Shown here in pieces: positions 60,717-64,000 of a stretch of DNA of 64,000 nt (the first letter of the stretch is position 1; each line of letters opens with the position of its first letter). Under the pieces are notes generated by a model. That model worked only from the letters and a program-made list of their open reading frames with translations. It was not told where the DNA came from and made no database searches. This stretch comes from Flavobacterium sp. Lineage in GTDB: Bacteria; Bacteroidota; Bacteroidia; Flavobacteriales; Flavobacteriaceae. The stretch is from the NCBI RefSeq assembly GCF_965284515.1, contig NZ_OZ260089.1:1797301-1861300 (forward strand), written 5' to 3'. Both the position numbers and the translations under genes were made by a program.

Positions 60717-61895
60717 TTAAATTTTTGTGCAAATTAAGGCTATTTTTTTGTTATCAATATTAGTAGTGAAGAATACAAAAGTTGTGCCGCCGTCTTTTAT
60801 CTTATATTTTTTTTTTAAATCTTCAACTTTAATTGGAAAGTTTCTTGTTGAAATATTCAATTTTTTTCCAAATAAATGTTCTTTTACTTCGTTTTTTTGT
60901 AGTGAAATAATATTTTCAATTTTAAAACTCCTTCCTGGAAAATTAATTATTGAGTTTGAGGTATATAAATGAGAATGTTTATGAAGTTTTTTACATTTAT
61001 ATTTTTCAGAAATAGCATTAAAATTCCCTGATTTCAATAACGATGCATTAGGTTCATAAATATAGTTTAAGGGCAAAGAAAACACTACTTCATAGTCTTC
61101 TTGATATATAGTTTCTACAACGTCTTGTTTATCTTTATCAATATTTACAGAAATTATACTTACATCACCATCATAATCTTTTTTAATTTCCCAAAGTAAT
61201 TCTTTAACTTCATTTTTTACTGCTACAATATGTATTTTTTTAACATGTTTAAGTTCTTCAATTCCAGCCTGTAAATCCAGTAGTGGTGCAGTTTTTATTA
61301 AGATGTTATTTGATTTAGAAAAGTATAATGGAAGTAAATTTGGAACATAAGGCTCGCAATCTTTAAACATGAAAACTTTTCCTTTTGTTTCATTTCTTCT
61401 TGAAGGATCTATATATATCCAATCAAAAACTTCATTAATTTCGTTTAGATAATCAGTACTATTTTTATTAATACATGTAATATTGACAGTATTAAGTACA
61501 TTAAAATTATAAGCAACTATTTCAGATAATTCTGAATTAATTTCACAATGTGTAACCGATTTTATTTTCTTAGAAAAATAATAGTCATCAATTCCAAAAC
61601 CTCCACTTAAATCAATTAAAGATGTTCCAGAAATAATTTTTGATTTATATTCAGCCGTTTTTTCTGAAGAGGTTTGTTCAACTGAAATTTTTGAAGGAAA
61701 AATAATATTTGGTGTATTGAACCAAAGCGGTAATTTTTCTTTTGATTTTTGCTTAGCTTTAATTTGATTTATTATTGCTGTATATTCAATTTCAGGAAAT
61801 GGGTTTTTAGTTAACGCAAGTTGAATAATATTTGTATTCAAATTTGCATTAATAAATTCTTGAACATCAGAATTGAGCAACTGATTAAAATCCAA
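60717..61895 (-). CDS. Class I SAM methyltransferase with C-terminal THUMP-like domain
   Basis: SVEQTSSE..A.YK, IDLSGGFGIDD, YIDPSRR, YEPNASLLKSG, RNFP. Confidence 0.8.
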   Translation of the reverse strand: MDFNQLLNSDVQEFINANLNTNIIQLALTKNPFPEIEYTAIINQIKAKQKSKEKLPLWFNTPNIIFPSKISVEQTSSEKTAEYKSKIISGTSLIDLSGGFGIDDYYFSKKIKSVTHCEINSELSEIVAYNFNVLNTVNITCINKNSTDYLNEINEVFDWIYIDPSRRNETKGKVFMFKDCEPYVPNLLPLYFSKSNNILIKTAPLLDLQAGIEELKHVKKIHIVAVKNEVKELLWEIKKDYDGDVSIISVNIDKDKQDVVETIYQEDYEVVFSLPLNYIYEPNASLLKSGNFNAISEKYKCKKLHKHSHLYTSNSIINFPGRSFKIENIISLQKNEVKEHLFGKKLNISTRNFPIKVEDLKKKYKIKDGGTTFVFFTTNIDNKKIALICTKI

Positions 61896-61896
61896 C

Positions 61897-62991
61897 TTAA
61901 ATATTTTTAGTTAATGCTTTTATGATTTTATTTTCAGGAAAGAAATTTTTTCCTACCACTTTTAAAACAGTATAGGAAGGTACTGCTATAATCATTCCAA
62001 CTATTCCAAATAAAATTCCAGAAATTACGATTACTAAAAAAATTTCTAGAGGATGTGATTTTGTGCTTTTTGAAAAAATAATTGGTTGACTTATATTATT
62101 GTCTATTAGTTGAACAATAAACATCCCTATTAGTACATATAATGTTTTTGGAATGGCATCGTTGATAAAATCTCCACTTATACCACTAATAAGAATTAAA
62201 GTAGCCGCTGCAAACATACCTATTAAAGGACCTACATATGGAATGATATTTAAAATAGCACATAAAAGTGCAATTGTAAAAGCATTTGAAACGCCAAAAA
62301 TGATAAAAACAAGTCCGTTTAGAATAAAAATTATCAATAATTGAAGCAATAAACCAATAAAATATCTTGATAATAAATGTGTGATTTTATCTATCGAAGT
62401 TAGAACTTGATTTTTTTGATTTTTTGGGAGAATTGATTTAAAGGCTACAAAAAAACTAGCTCTATCTTTCAATAAGAAAAAAGAAATGAAAAATACAGAT
62501 CCAACTCCCATTCCAACATTTCCAAGTGTATTAATTAAGCTGTTAAAAAACTCGGGAATTAATTTAAAATTTAAAGATGATGTAATGTTTGTAGATTCTA
62601 TAACTTTTAGAACATCTATATTGTAATGAGCTAAATATACTGTTAAGTTGTTAATTACATCTTCATAGTTTTTTTCTAATGAATTAATATTCAATAAAGA
62701 TAAGTTTTCTCCTTGATCAATAATTAACGGAACAAACATTAAGAAAAAACCAGTAATTAAAGCTAAAAATAAAAACAAAGTAGTAATAACGGCTAGTGTG
62801 TTTTTAAACTTTAATTTGTTTTTTAGAAATAGGACTATTGGATTTGCAATTAGGGTAAAAACAACAGAAATAATAACATAAACTAAAACGGTTGAAATTT
62901 TATAAATTAAAAAACATGCTAATACTATTCCAAATAGTATTGCAACGGTTTTTAAAAGCCCTTTAGTAAGTTCGTTTGAATTCATTTTCAA
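61897..62991 (-). CDS. AI-2E family transporter
   Basis: Hydrophobic profile; LNIIPYVGP, QLIDNNISQP, HPLEI, GMIIAVP. Confidence 0.9.
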   Translation of the reverse strand: MKMNSNELTKGLLKTVAILFGIVLACFLIYKISTVLVYVIISVVFTLIANPIVLFLKNKLKFKNTLAVITTLFLFLALITGFFLMFVPLIIDQGENLSLLNINSLEKNYEDVINNLTVYLAHYNIDVLKVIESTNITSSLNFKLIPEFFNSLINTLGNVGMGVGSVFFISFFLLKDRASFFVAFKSILPKNQKNQVLTSIDKITHLLSRYFIGLLLQLLIIFILNGLVFIIFGVSNAFTIALLCAILNIIPYVGPLIGMFAAATLILISGISGDFINDAIPKTLYVLIGMFIVQLIDNNISQPIIFSKSTKSHPLEIFLVIVISGILFGIVGMIIAVPSYTVLKVVGKNFFPENKIIKALTKNI

Positions 62992-63005
62992 AAATAAGTA
63001 AAATA

Positions 63006-63512
63006 TTATAATGAAAGTTGTTTTGTAATCTCGTAAAGTGAAATTGCTAATGAATTTGCAACATTCATACTACTATTTTCACCAAACATAGGAATATGAG
63101 TAGTAACATTTGTAATAGATAATAGCTCTTTCGAAATACCATATATTTCACTTCCAATAATCAAAATTATAGGCTGATTTGTTATTTCAATTATGTTAAT
63201 AGGTGTACTTGAATCTGTAATTTCTAATGCAATAATTTGATGTTTTTTTTCTTGTAGTTTACGAATTACTTCGTTTTTATCTCTTATAATTTCAAATGGA
63301 ACTGTTTTGTGAGTATTACGAGAAGTTTTATTTACTTTTCTTTCTGAAAGTATAAAATGTTCTCCAGTAAAAATGATACTTTCAACCCCAAAAGCATCAC
63401 AAATTCTAAAAACACTTCCAATATTTTGTTGAAAATAAACTTCATCGCAAACAACAGTTATAGGAAATTTTTCTTTTTTAAAATCGGTGTTATAATGATT
63501 TAATTGTTCCAA
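63006..63512 (-). CDS. TrmH/SpoU family RNA methyltransferase
   Basis: NIGSVFRICDAFG, IIGSEIYGI, HIPMFGENSSMNV. TTG start. Confidence 0.9.
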   Translation of the reverse strand: MEQLNHYNTDFKKEKFPITVVCDEVYFQQNIGSVFRICDAFGVESIIFTGEHFILSERKVNKTSRNTHKTVPFEIIRDKNEVIRKLQEKKHQIIALEITDSSTPINIIEITNQPIILIIGSEIYGISKELLSITNVTTHIPMFGENSSMNVANSLAISLYEITKQLSL

Positions 63513-63530
63513 ACTTATATTTGTTAAATT

Positions 63531-64000
63531 CTAATAATTAAACACATAATTAATAATATTCGCACCCATTTTCAAGGCTTTTTCCCTAATTTCAATTGGA
63601 TCATTATGAACATCAGTATCTTCCCAACCATCGCCTAAATCAGATTGGAAAGTGTATAGTAAAACCAAACGATTTTTTATAAAAATTCCAAATGCTTGTG
63701 GTCGCTGATTATCATGTTCGTGAATTTTTGGTAATCCTTTGGGAAAATTATAGGGTTTTTGAAAAATTTCGTGTGATATTGGAATCTCCCTTAACTCTTC
63801 ATTTGGAAATACTTTTTTTATCTCTTTTCGAATGTATTCATCCATTCCATAATTATCATCAATATGTAAGAAACCTCCAGAATTTAAGTAGTTTTTTAAA
63901 TTATTAACATCATTTGGGCTAAAAACAACATTTCCATGTCCAGTCATATGAATAAATGGATAAGAGAAAATATCAGTACTTCCAGCTTCCACCGTTGCTA
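63531..64000 (-). CDS. DUF4159 domain protein, 5' end outside window
   Basis: YPFIHMTGHG, GGFLHIDDNYG, LPKIHEHD, DLGDGWED. Frame is open to the window edge. Confidence 0.85.
   Translation of the reverse strand, partial: ATVEAGSTDIFSYPFIHMTGHGNVVFSPNDVNNLKNYLNSGGFLHIDDNYGMDEYIRKEIKKVFPNEELREIPISHEIFQKPYNFPKGLPKIHEHDNQRPQAFGIFIKNRLVLLYTFQSDLGDGWEDTDVHNDPIEIREKALKMGANIINYVFNY

Overview
AT-rich chromosomal segment of a Flavobacteriaceae bacterium, most like Flavobacterium (type IX secretion genes, TAnnTTTG promoters). Most of it is housekeeping: lon-porQ-cmk-rpsA, two lpdA paralogs, pabB-tilS-dsbD, yifB, sixA-ppk1-ppx, truA, rho, clpC, gyrA, a thiolase and a Ser-Pro-Arg tRNA cluster. The accessory-looking parts are (i) a five-gene arsenic-resistance operon with a DUF6428-like protein and an embedded SAM methyltransferase that does not look like ArsM, (ii) a T9SS-secreted alpha/beta hydrolase, (iii) a katG / peroxiredoxin-thioredoxin-small unknown protein block, and (iv) a four-gene T9SS type-B cassette whose 2587-aa adhesin carries 17 near-identical 264-bp repeats. 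I found no integrase, transposase, CRISPR array, reverse transcriptase, or recognisable phage or defence genes. No single obviously new system can be proven from sequence alone. The best leads are the ars-operon methyltransferase, the adhesin cassette and its mosaic repeats, sigma54-like sites before lon and clpC, and a stand-alone RimK-associated protease domain. All family assignments come from motif recognition and recall; no database searches were run.
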